This document shows positions 8,368 to 17,648 of a stretch of DNA of 56,525 nucleotides, piece by piece. Each line of letters starts with the position of its first letter. Positions within the stretch are counted from its first letter, which is position 1. The stretch comes from an uncultured bacterium (lineage in GTDB: Bacteria > Hydrothermota > Hydrothermia > WGAB01). The translations under genes and the position numbers were made by a program. The DNA is taken from contig CAYQZW010000003.1 of assembly GCA_964422065.1 (NCBI GenBank), positions 1-56,525 on the forward strand, in the 5' to 3' direction. The notes beneath the pieces were generated by a model. The model had not been told where the DNA came from. It made no database searches and saw nothing but the letters and a program-made list of their open reading frames with translations.

Positions 8368-9876
8368 TCACGGGGAAGAAAGGTTTTTCTCCCTGCCCCA
8401 GAGGCGTTGGAGTTCAGGGATTTGGGCGATCGTGCCGAGTCCCACGAAGACCCCAACAAAGATCCCGCCAGAGACCAGAAGGTCATAGAGGGGGTGCTCG
8501 AGATGAAACGCCACCAGGGGAACCGCAGCAGCCAGGGTCACGCCGATCAAGCGTCCTCCCCATCCCACCATCGTTTGAGGCATCGGGAACTCGCGGGCCA
8601 GCGCGCCAGTTAGGAGCAGGGCCTGCGCGGTGCTCGCGAGGGAAGTTGCTAAGGCCAGGGCCGGGAACCCCAGGACCGGCGCGAGGCTCAGGGCGATAAC
8701 CAGGTTGACGCCGGCGCCGAGGGCAAACGCGAAGTTCGGCACCCGGATCTCTTTCCGGGCAAAGAAGACGTTCAACAAGACGCGGGAGAGTGCAAACGGG
8801 ACGATATTCAGTGCATAAAAGAGCAGGGCCTGCGCGGTATAAAAGACATCGGGTCCCCCAAAGGCGCCTCGTCGGTACAGCACCGCCACGATCGGCTCCG
8901 CCCGGAGCATCAGGAAGACGGTCGTTGGGAACGTCAAGAACAGTGCCCCACGAACCGCCGACCAGAGTTCTTCTCGTAGGGCTTCTGGAGCATCCACCTG
9001 CCGGCTGATCTCAGGCAACGAGACAGCAGAGACCCCAACGCCGAAGAGGGCAATCGGCAGGTGCATCAACCGAAAGGCATAGTTGAGGTACGAGATTGCA
9101 CCCTCCCGAAGGAAGGAGGCGATCAGGGTGTTCACGAAGAGAGTAAACCGGGTTAGGGCAGTATTGAAGACGACTGGAACGAAGAGTTTCTGGATACTTC
9201 GTAGCCCTGGGTGTTGGGGATCCGGTCGTGCCCAACGGATCCCGGTCTTGCGGACCGCCGGGACCTGGGCCAGGATCTGGAGGAGCCCGCCGACCAGGAC
9301 ACCGATCCCCACGAAAAACAGCGCGACGTGCGGGGTAACCTTTTGCCAGGCGGCAAGGCCGATGAACAACAGGACGCCGAGGTTGAAAAAGGCGGGGGCC
9401 AGTGCCGGCAAAAAGAAGATCCGAAAGGCGTTCAAAACCCCCATCAGCAGTGCCGAAATGCCGACCAGGATGAGGTAAGGGAAGAGGAGACGGGTCATCT
9501 GGACCGTGAATTCGAACTTGACCGGGATACTTCGGAACCCGTATGCGGTCAGGGTTACCCACACCGGCGCCAGCAGGATGCCCAATAGGGCCATCAGGGC
9601 CCCGAGGATCAGGATCCCCCAGAAGACAGTGGAGAAGAGACGCTCGGGACGCTCTCTGCGCTCAACCGATTGAACAAACACCGGGACAAACGCCGTCTGG
9701 ATCGCATTCTCCGCCAGAAGATCGCGGAGATAGTTCGGAATCCGGAAGGCGACATAGAAGACATCGGAAAACCGGCCAGCGCCGAGCAAGAAGGCGATCC
9801 CCGCCTCACGGAGGAGCCCCAGGACGCGGCTAATCAGGGTGGCGGAAGCGAAGGAAAAGACCGAACGATACCGCAC
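8368..9876 (-). CDS. murJ: Lipid II flippase MurJ/MviN
   Basis: SRVLGLLRE, AFRIPNYLRDLLAE, YAFRLMHLPIALFG; many TM helices. Confidence 0.93.
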   Translation of the reverse strand: MRYRSVFSFASATLISRVLGLLREAGIAFLLGAGRFSDVFYVAFRIPNYLRDLLAENAIQTAFVPVFVQSVERRERPERLFSTVFWGILILGALMALLGILLAPVWVTLTAYGFRSIPVKFEFTVQMTRLLFPYLILVGISALLMGVLNAFRIFFLPALAPAFFNLGVLLFIGLAAWQKVTPHVALFFVGIGVLVGGLLQILAQVPAVRKTGIRWARPDPQHPGLRSIQKLFVPVVFNTALTRFTLFVNTLIASFLREGAISYLNYAFRLMHLPIALFGVGVSAVSLPEISRQVDAPEALREELWSAVRGALFLTFPTTVFLMLRAEPIVAVLYRRGAFGGPDVFYTAQALLFYALNIVPFALSRVLLNVFFARKEIRVPNFAFALGAGVNLVIALSLAPVLGFPALALATSLASTAQALLLTGALAREFPMPQTMVGWGGRLIGVTLAAAVPLVAFHLEHPLYDLLVSGGIFVGVFVGLGTIAQIPELQRLWGREKNLSSP

Positions 9877-9883
9877 AACCTAA

Positions 9884-9912
9884 AAGATACGCAACCCCCC
9901 AAAAGATGTCAA
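9884..9912 (-). promoter_or_regulatory. Sigma70-like promoter of murJ (leaderless)
   Basis: Minus strand TTGACA-17-TATCTT-7 nt-GTG; no SD. Confidence 0.65.
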
Positions 9913-10012
9913 ATTAAGGTGCGCTGAACTCCGAGGGAAGAGAGAGGACGACCTTTTGGAATACCGCCTCTCGTCGGGATGCTTCAGATATGCAAGATCC
10001 CCACTCCGTGGC

Positions 10013-10043
10013 GGAAAATCCACCACCCGGTGGTGGATTTTCC
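10013..10043. repeat. Perfect 15-bp inverted repeat with a 1-nt spacer
   Basis: GGAAAATCCACCACC-C-GGTGGTGGATTTTCC read directly. Confidence 0.9.
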
Positions 10044-10289
10044 ATATCCGTTCGGAGGCCGAGGATTATGCTCTGGCTCGAGGTTTCCTTCTCTCATGCC
10101 TGACCCCAGACCCCCGGACGAATGGCAGTGTTTTTCCCGAAGGTATTGTCCGGCCTTGCATGAACGGGCATCATAAACTATGATTTCCTCAAGAGGTCAT
10201 CGGGCTCGGAAAATCCGAATTCTGGGCATTGCCGACCGTCAGGGACAAGCTCGGATGCCCGATGCTCCGAAGAGACAGGAGGTCTTTCA

Positions 10290-12665
10290 ATGCACAGGCT
10301 GAGTCCGATCCGGGCCCTCTTCGGGACCCTTGGCCTTTGGCTACTCACGGAAGTTGGCCTGGCCGGGACATGGATCCAGCATACCAAGGCCCAGTTCCAG
10401 ACCGGGACCCTGTCTCAGGTCCAGGCCACCTGGCCCAGTGGTGAAGACGACGGCTTCCTCCGCCTGGCCCTCCCCGTCGTGAACGGGACCTTTGACGAGC
10501 AGGACAATCCCCTGGAGGGCTGGACCGATGAGAGTGAGGGGGACGGGACCCGCGTGATCGAGGCCGTCTCCGCTGGGGGCCGTCCCCATGTCCTCCACCT
10601 CTATGCGACTTACGGCACCGTGACCACCCGAGCACGGGTCTCTCAGACCTTTACCCATGGCCTGGACTTCCTCCGCCGCTTCAACGTCGAAGTCTATCCC
10701 ATCAGTTCCGAGATCTTCCACAACGGTTACATCGTGTTCCATGTCTTTGCTTATGACACAAACGATAACAGCCTGATCCAGGGCGGTTGGATCCCTTACC
10801 TCTTGAGTGGGGACTGGACTCCTACCACCCACGACTGGCGTCCTCAGACCGTTGCAGACCGCTGGAACATTTATCGATTCGACTTGAAGGATGACATCAT
10901 CGAGCGCCTTCAGCCGGGCTATACCTGGTCGGACGTTGCCAAGGTTAAGATCCTATTCTCCGTTGAAGCCACTGCTCTGGGATCAAGCTACGGTGCCTAT
11001 TTTGATGCGGTCTGGGCGGCACCCTTTATAGACGACAATTTCAACGACAACGCGGTGGATTCCACGAAATGGCGTGTCTACGAGAATATCTACCATGTGT
11101 CCGAGCAGGGCCAGCAGGTCCGATTCTGGGGCTATGACGCGAGCGATACCCTCTATTCGTCCATCGACCGTGAACGGGACACCGTCCAAAACGCCTCTTG
11201 TGAAGCCGCGGCACGGATGCGCCCGCGTTATATGGAAAATGAAGAGGGTCAGGAATTTGAAATCGGCTTCTATAGCCCTGTGTCCGGGAAACTCCTGATC
11301 CTCCGAGCCCATCAGATGCCGAACAATGGCGGCTTCTATTACGTTGCAGCTTACGATGGTATATCTTGGAGTTCCAGCCAGATCGGAACCTATACGCTCC
11401 TCTCCTCGAACAAGTTCTACACCTGGCGAATCCTTTATGACGCCCCGACTCAGTGGTTTGAGGCTTGGGTAGATGGCCGGATGGTCGGACGCATCGAGAA
11501 CTTCGTCATGGATACCTACTACCCATACATCGCCGCCACCGACGCGGACAACGATCCCAACGATTCCTTAGATTGCCAGGTGGACGACGTCATGTTCTTT
11601 GATTTCAGTCAGGGTGCCTGGAACGCCCGGAACCCAGAGAACGGCGAGTATATCACTGCTCCACAGGACCGGGGGCATCCGGCCGATTTTCGGCGGCTGC
11701 GCTGGGCCGGCACAACACCGCCGGGCACCGAAATCAAGATGCAATTCCGGAGCGGCTGGACCCAGGCCGAACTCGAGGCCTCTCCCTGGTACGGCCCACA
11801 GGGCCCGAACACGTTTTACACCACTCCAGGCCAAACGATTTACCCTTTCCACGACGGACATCGGTGGTTCCAGGTCCGGGTCTTGTTCAGCACCACCGAT
11901 TCGACCCAGACGCCGACCCTCGACTCTCTGATCGTCGAATACGACTCTATGGCAGTGATTCAGGCCGACAGCGGCTGGGCTTCCTTGGGCCCAGGTGTAA
12001 CCGCGGTGGTCCACTATGACGACATGGACAGGCGGAGCCTGGTCGCAGTCTTCTCTAACCCTATTGCCCTTGCAGACGAACCAGCGTCCTTCATGTCTTC
12101 TGTGCATAACACTCCCCCTACGGGGATCATCGGCGGCATCGAACGGTGGTGGCGACTGGATTTTGCTGGCTCGTTCGACAGCGTGGCACTAACCTTTTTC
12201 TACCAGAACGACGATGTACCCCCTGGGCTTGGGGAAGAGACCCTCGGACTCTGGCACAGGAGTTCGCTATCCCAGCCATGGAGTTATCTCGACCCTGTGG
12301 GTCGGGATACCGCAGAGAACTGGGTCCGGATCACTGGTGTAATGGACCTGGGGGATTGGACATTGGGACCCTCTACCGCCACGGGGGTGTCCGAACCGTC
12401 CATCCCTTCCCTCGATGCTCCACATGTCCGGGTCACCCGGCAGGCCATGAATATAGAATTCACACTGGCGACTAAAGATCGAGTTCGAGTCATTCTTTAC
12501 GATGTCACCGGGCGGCACATTGCTACCCTCTTAGACCAGCAGTTCAGGCCCGGGTTCCACCGCATAACCCTTCAAAACCCTGTACGTCACCAAGCAGGCG
12601 TCTTCTTCTTGCGAATTCATGTGAGGGGTGTAACTCGCTTCATCAAATTCGTGCAATTTCCATAG
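10290..12665 (+). CDS. Secreted multidomain beta-rich protein with T9SS/FlgD-type C-terminal domain
   Basis: SD AGGAGG, signal peptide, Trp/Tyr/Asp-rich beta domains, TGVSE linker, then ILYDVTGRHIATL...GVFFLRI. Confidence 0.8.
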   Translation: MHRLSPIRALFGTLGLWLLTEVGLAGTWIQHTKAQFQTGTLSQVQATWPSGEDDGFLRLALPVVNGTFDEQDNPLEGWTDESEGDGTRVIEAVSAGGRPHVLHLYATYGTVTTRARVSQTFTHGLDFLRRFNVEVYPISSEIFHNGYIVFHVFAYDTNDNSLIQGGWIPYLLSGDWTPTTHDWRPQTVADRWNIYRFDLKDDIIERLQPGYTWSDVAKVKILFSVEATALGSSYGAYFDAVWAAPFIDDNFNDNAVDSTKWRVYENIYHVSEQGQQVRFWGYDASDTLYSSIDRERDTVQNASCEAAARMRPRYMENEEGQEFEIGFYSPVSGKLLILRAHQMPNNGGFYYVAAYDGISWSSSQIGTYTLLSSNKFYTWRILYDAPTQWFEAWVDGRMVGRIENFVMDTYYPYIAATDADNDPNDSLDCQVDDVMFFDFSQGAWNARNPENGEYITAPQDRGHPADFRRLRWAGTTPPGTEIKMQFRSGWTQAELEASPWYGPQGPNTFYTTPGQTIYPFHDGHRWFQVRVLFSTTDSTQTPTLDSLIVEYDSMAVIQADSGWASLGPGVTAVVHYDDMDRRSLVAVFSNPIALADEPASFMSSVHNTPPTGIIGGIERWWRLDFAGSFDSVALTFFYQNDDVPPGLGEETLGLWHRSSLSQPWSYLDPVGRDTAENWVRITGVMDLGDWTLGPSTATGVSEPSIPSLDAPHVRVTRQAMNIEFTLATKDRVRVILYDVTGRHIATLLDQQFRPGFHRITLQNPVRHQAGVFFLRIHVRGVTRFIKFVQFP

Positions 12666-12850
12666 GCTGAGCACAGGCAAAGGCTTGTTCGGTAGGTTGT
12701 ACGGGATCTCCAAGCCTACAGAGTGACTTGAGTTTGCGGTTCTGCCTCAAGAGGGGGCTTTCCCACTGATCAGCTTCTCAAGTCCCAGGTGAAGACCTGG
12801 AAAAGAGGACAGGAGCCGTGTAGAATACGGCTCACAGGCAGATTGGGAGT

Positions 12851-14845
12851 TTGCAGATAATGGTGACCCTGGCGATGACCTATACTCTCTGGCTTGCGGT
12901 CACGGTCTCGAGCGTGACCCTTACCCCGTATCGTGACCGTGTGACCGGAGAGGACCTTTCCGGGAACGCCCAGATCACAGAGCTTGGCCGGCAGATCGCA
13001 CAGCCCATGCTCGTCCAGGCCTGGGAGGGAGGCCAACCGGCGCCGGGTGCCGCCGTTGAGGTCCTGACTGCCTTCCGGGATACCCTGATCCGGCTGACCC
13101 TTCGTGCAGATGCCGAAGGGATTGTGCGGTATCGTCCACCCGCCTTCCAGCATACCGGCCAGGGACACGTGGTCTTTCGTGCCGATGATTCCGTCCTCCA
13201 ATACACCTTCCATGTGGTCCCGCGGAACTGGTTCTACATCCTTTTGTTCCAAATTCTGGGTGGATTTGCGATCTTTTTCTTCGGCTTAGATCGGTCGGGC
13301 AAGGGGATGATGCGGCTCTCGGGAGGCCGGATCCGGCGTTATCTCTTCAACCTTACCAAGAATCCGGTCCTCGGGCTTGGTGCGGGGTTCCTGGCCACCG
13401 TCATGCTCCAATCCTCAACTGCTACAACGGTCATGCTGATCTCTTTTGTCACTGCAGGGCTCATCAGTCTACAAAGTGCAATTGCGGCAGCCCTTGGGGC
13501 CGGCGTCGGAACGACGTTGACCGTGCAAATCATTGCGTTACGGATCTTTGATCTCGCGCTGATCTTGCTCCTTTTCGGCTACCTCCTGGAGCGGGTTAAA
13601 GGGAACACCAGGAACTTCGGGCGTGTCCTCTTTGGTTTCGGCTTGATCTTTTTGGGGATCAAACTCATGGCCACGGGTGCCTCCTCGATGTCCCTTTACC
13701 CTTGGTTCCAATCCGGGCTCCATGCCCTCCAAGGCAACATCCCCGCCCTGCTCTTCCTTTCGTTTTTCTTCACGGCCCTGGTCCACTCCAGCGCGGCGAC
13801 GATCGGGGTCGTCCTTTCCTTGGCCTTCTCGCAATTAGTGCAGCCCATGGACGCTTTTGTGATGGTGTTAGGGGCCAATTTGGGAACTTCCATGACGGCC
13901 CTTTTGGCTTCATTGCCGGCCGAGCGGGTAGCCAAGCGTCTGGCGCTGATGAACACCCTGACCAAACTCGTTGGAGTGGGGGTCTTCCTGGCCTTGCTCC
14001 ACCCGATCACGCGCCTGATGGATCTCCTCTCACACGATCTCGCACGAGAAGTTGCGAACTTCCACACCTTTTTCAACCTTGTGGTCGCCGTGGCGTTCTT
14101 CCCGATTTTGCCGGTCCTGGAACGCCTCTCCAACCTGATCCTGCCCCGCCGAGAAGAGGGCCCAGGCGAACAATTGGTCCCAGAACTCCTGGCCGATCCT
14201 GACCTGGCGCTCTCCTTTACCCACCGACGGGTCATCCAGATGGGGGACCGGGTCTATTGGATGCTTCGGGAATGTATCCAGCCATTCCTGCAGAGAAACC
14301 CCGCTCAAATCTATCGGATCGTAGCGGAAGATGACAATGTGGATCGATTCGAAGAAGAGATTACCCCCTTCCTCACCCGGTTGATGGAGGAGGAGTTGAC
14401 CCAGGACCTGATTCAACGAATCAAGGCCTTACTGTTCACCGTGGACGAGCTGGAGCACATTGGCGACGTCATTTCCAAGTCCATCATGCGATATGCCGAG
14501 CGAATGTATAAGGACGGACTGGAGTTCTCCGAGGAGGGAAAGCAAGAGATCCAGCAGTTCCACCAGGAGGTTCTCTTGACCATGGAGCATGCGCTGGCGG
14601 CATTGACAACCTTTGAGCGGGGACACGCCAAGCAGGCGGCGATGCGGAAAGACGTCGTGAACACCCTAGAACGAGAGTTCCACATGATGCACCTGGACCG
14701 GCTGGCACGGGGGACCAAGGAGACGATCCTGACCTCGACGATCCACTTAGACCTGATCAGTGACCTTGAACGAATTAACTTTCATGCCGCCTCCATCGGC
14801 CTAACCATTCTCGAACAACTCTGGCCTGAAAAGCGGGCATCGTAG
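12851..14845 (+). CDS. Na+/Pi cotransporter (NptA/YjbB family) with PhoU-like C-terminus and extra N-terminal Ig-like domain
   Basis: LQSSTATT and VHSSAATI repeats, GANLGTS, NFHTFFN, ELEHIGD, DLERINFHA. True start may be ATG 12860 or 12875. Confidence 0.88.
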   Translation: MQIMVTLAMTYTLWLAVTVSSVTLTPYRDRVTGEDLSGNAQITELGRQIAQPMLVQAWEGGQPAPGAAVEVLTAFRDTLIRLTLRADAEGIVRYRPPAFQHTGQGHVVFRADDSVLQYTFHVVPRNWFYILLFQILGGFAIFFFGLDRSGKGMMRLSGGRIRRYLFNLTKNPVLGLGAGFLATVMLQSSTATTVMLISFVTAGLISLQSAIAAALGAGVGTTLTVQIIALRIFDLALILLLFGYLLERVKGNTRNFGRVLFGFGLIFLGIKLMATGASSMSLYPWFQSGLHALQGNIPALLFLSFFFTALVHSSAATIGVVLSLAFSQLVQPMDAFVMVLGANLGTSMTALLASLPAERVAKRLALMNTLTKLVGVGVFLALLHPITRLMDLLSHDLAREVANFHTFFNLVVAVAFFPILPVLERLSNLILPRREEGPGEQLVPELLADPDLALSFTHRRVIQMGDRVYWMLRECIQPFLQRNPAQIYRIVAEDDNVDRFEEEITPFLTRLMEEELTQDLIQRIKALLFTVDELEHIGDVISKSIMRYAERMYKDGLEFSEEGKQEIQQFHQEVLLTMEHALAALTTFERGHAKQAAMRKDVVNTLEREFHMMHLDRLARGTKETILTSTIHLDLISDLERINFHAASIGLTILEQLWPEKRAS

Positions 14846-14862
14846 GCCAGGGGCCGACCCTA

Positions 14863-15819
14863 TCAAGACGATGGACCCTTCGGAGCCGAATTTCCCGTGG
14901 CGTTTGATCTTCGAGTGAGACTCCGCAGGAGCCATGCCGGCACCCCGAGGACAAGGTCCATAAGGGTCGCATTCAGGCGAGTTAAGATTGCGATGATCGG
15001 CGCGAGACCCGGGGCTGTGACCCCTTGAAGGAGGTAGGTCAACAGTCCTTCCCGGACCCCCAATCCACTCGGAGCAAAGGGGGAGACCATCCCCAGGAGC
15101 CAGGACGCAGAGAATGCGGCCGCCAATGCCAGGTAATCCACGGTGATTCCAAAACCCCGGATGAAGAGCAGGTGCCCTAAAATGCGGAGCAACCAAAGCC
15201 CCAAGAGGGCCAAAAACCAGAGCACGAGTTGGGGATAGCCCCACCGGATTTCAATCTCGGTGTCACTGGTCTTCCGCAGGAGCCACTGAATCACCCGCGG
15301 ATTCAGAACCAAGGCCACCATAAGGATCAAACTTCCAAGGAACCACCCAGGCGGAAGGTGGACGGTTTCCTGGAAGCCGATGGCCAGCGCTGGGAAGGTC
15401 ATGACGGCCAAAGTGACCCCAGCCAGGAGATCGAGGATCGTGTGGATGCCGACGGTTGAGAGGACGATGCCGCGCCGGGCTTCAGGCACCAGGGCCACAA
15501 GTCCTACGAACATCCAAACTTTGCCGGGCACATAGCGGCCCAGTCGAGAGAGGATGAAGGCCGTAATGGCGCGTTGCCATGCAACTGGTGCACCCGTGGC
15601 TCGCAAGATCTCCCGCCACACAAGGGCGGACGAGAAATTTGCCACCGAGAGTACTACTACCCCGAACACCACAAACCCCGGCAAAAAGTGCCAGGGATAC
15701 GCCCGTAATGCGTCCAGATTGGTGAGGATTTTGCTGAAGACGTACGCAAAGAGGAGCCCGACCAGCACAAAGCCGAGGATGCGAAAGACGGGTTTTCTTT
15801 TCAACGAAGAGATGTCCAT
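14863..15819 (-). CDS. Lysylphosphatidylglycerol-synthase TM (YbhN/flippase-like) membrane protein
   Basis: SRLGRYVPGKVW and APSGLGVREG motifs; multiple TM helices. Confidence 0.8.
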   Translation of the reverse strand: MDISSLKRKPVFRILGFVLVGLLFAYVFSKILTNLDALRAYPWHFLPGFVVFGVVVLSVANFSSALVWREILRATGAPVAWQRAITAFILSRLGRYVPGKVWMFVGLVALVPEARRGIVLSTVGIHTILDLLAGVTLAVMTFPALAIGFQETVHLPPGWFLGSLILMVALVLNPRVIQWLLRKTSDTEIEIRWGYPQLVLWFLALLGLWLLRILGHLLFIRGFGITVDYLALAAAFSASWLLGMVSPFAPSGLGVREGLLTYLLQGVTAPGLAPIIAILTRLNATLMDLVLGVPAWLLRSLTRRSNATGNSAPKGPSS

Positions 15820-15862
15820 CGCGCAGGAACCGAGACAACGACTTGGTCGAAGGGATCAGACC

Positions 15863-16720
15863 TCAATATCGTTCGACGGGGTAGCGCCAATCTTTGTCCA
15901 GACACATGTTGGAAATCCGAGTAATGGTCGGAGGACGGCGTTTGTGTTCGTTTTTCAGAACCCGGCGATAGATATCCAGTACAGCCTCTTCTGAGATGCC
16001 CAGCGTTCTCACGGTCTCCCGCACCGAGAGTTCCAGATCGACCAAACAATAGAGTACCCGATCAATCTCCGCATAGGTATGTCCCAATTCCTGTTCGTCG
16101 GTTTGCCCCTTCCAGAGCCCGGCGGAGGGCTTTTTCCGGACCATATCCGCGGGTAGCCCGAGGTGCTCCGCCAGTTGCCAGACCTGGGTCTTATAGAGAT
16201 CGCCGATGGGATAAATATCCGCCCCCAGATCCCCATATTTCGTCCCATAGCCCAAGAGCAACTCGGTCTTGTTGGACGTCCCGATCACCAGGAGCCCTTC
16301 CAAATTGGCATACATGTAGTTCAAAATCATCCGGATCCGAGGCTTGACATTGGCCATGGCATACATCTTTTGGAACTCTGTAAAAGAACCGTCTGGAAGG
16401 TATTGCTCAAAGACGGCGACCAGGTCGTTGATTTCGATCAGGCGGTATCGAATCCCATGTTCCTGGACCAGGCGGAGTGCGTCGCGTTTATCCGATTCCG
16501 GAGAGACTCCTTCTTCGGGCATGATAAGGACCTGGAGCCGGTCGCCCAGTGCCCGTTGCGACAATAACGTCACCAAAGAGGAGTCAATGCCGCCGGAGAG
16601 GGCGACCAAACCGCCCTTGGCGCCGACCTTTTCGACCCGTGTACGGATCGAACGTACGATGATGTCGGCGATCAGGTCCAGTTCATCTTTCGGGAGTTCC
16701 AGGTGAATTCGGGGCTTCAT
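15863..16720 (-). CDS. nadE: NAD+ synthetase (synthetase subunit)
   Basis: ALSGGIDSS, NVKPRIRM, GTSNKTE, GYGTKYGD, LYKTQV, PSAGLWKGQTDE; SD GGAGG. Confidence 0.95.
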   Translation of the reverse strand: MKPRIHLELPKDELDLIADIIVRSIRTRVEKVGAKGGLVALSGGIDSSLVTLLSQRALGDRLQVLIMPEEGVSPESDKRDALRLVQEHGIRYRLIEINDLVAVFEQYLPDGSFTEFQKMYAMANVKPRIRMILNYMYANLEGLLVIGTSNKTELLLGYGTKYGDLGADIYPIGDLYKTQVWQLAEHLGLPADMVRKKPSAGLWKGQTDEQELGHTYAEIDRVLYCLVDLELSVRETVRTLGISEEAVLDIYRRVLKNEHKRRPPTITRISNMCLDKDWRYPVERY

Positions 16721-17558
16721 GGTTCCTCCGGTTCATCTCTTCGTACGCCCTCAGGAGGTCCTCCAAGATCTCTTTTCGGACCTCCCGGACGCGGATATCC
16801 CGGCGACGAAGCAGATAAGACTCCTCGAGGTCAAGGGTGACGACCGCGAGTTCCTCTTCGAGAAGTTTCGCGCGGTACACGAGTTCGCCGCGGGCCGAGA
16901 ACGCCATACTCCCACCCCAATACGTGACACCGTCCTGAACCCCCGCCTGGTTGACGAACACTGCAGGCAACAGGTTGTCATAGACCCGGACCCGAAGATA
17001 GTCTTCCCAGATCTCCACTTTGTGGAGAGAGTAGGGGGATGCAGACAGGACCACGAGGAGTTCTGCGCCACGGAACGTCATGGCACGGGCCGGCTCCGGA
17101 AACCAAAGGTCTTCGCAGATCAGGATGCCGAGCCGGGCAAACGGGGTCTCAAAGACGGGCAGTTGGTATCCCGGTGAGAAGTACCGCTTTTCATCAAAAA
17201 GCCGGTAATTCACCAATTGGACTTTGCGGTAGATGCCGTGGATTCTGCCCTGGCCGATGAGGGCGGCGGCGTTGTGAAAAAAGCCCAGGGGGTTCTTTTC
17301 AACAAAGCCTACCACGACCCACGCCCGCAGGTCCTCCGTTGCCTCTCGGATCCGATCCAAAGCCTCCAGGTTTTGGGCCACCTTATCCAGATAGATGTCT
17401 CCGGAGCCGAAGCCGAGGGTCGCCAGTTCTGGAGTCACAGCAAGATCTACGCCGGCCTCCTCGGCTTTACGCAGGAAGTCCAGGATCTTCTCGGTATTCC
17501 CCTGGACATCTCCGAGCCGAGTTTCAATTTGTAACAGGCCAATTTGGATTTTCCGCAT
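16683..17558 (-). CDS. Carbon-nitrogen hydrolase; probable glutaminase subunit of NAD synthetase
   Basis: E-K-C triad (TPEL, YRK, ICEDLW) and NYRLFDEKRYF motif; overlaps nadE. Confidence 0.88.
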   Translation of the reverse strand: MRKIQIGLLQIETRLGDVQGNTEKILDFLRKAEEAGVDLAVTPELATLGFGSGDIYLDKVAQNLEALDRIREATEDLRAWVVVGFVEKNPLGFFHNAAALIGQGRIHGIYRKVQLVNYRLFDEKRYFSPGYQLPVFETPFARLGILICEDLWFPEPARAMTFRGAELLVVLSASPYSLHKVEIWEDYLRVRVYDNLLPAVFVNQAGVQDGVTYWGGSMAFSARGELVYRAKLLEEELAVVTLDLEESYLLRRRDIRVREVRKEILEDLLRAYEEMNRRNHEAPNSPGTPER

Positions 17559-17648
17559 AGGAATTTGGAGTTTAAGGGTTCCCTCGGGATGGGTCAAGGA
17601 ACAAGGGGTGGAAGTGCTTGGAAACTCTGGGGTTCCGGAGGCTTTGGG

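Noticed and set aside
16683-16720. Possible frameshifted single glutamine-dependent nadE
   Set aside because: nadE has its own GGAGG SD and ATG, and both ORFs look complete.
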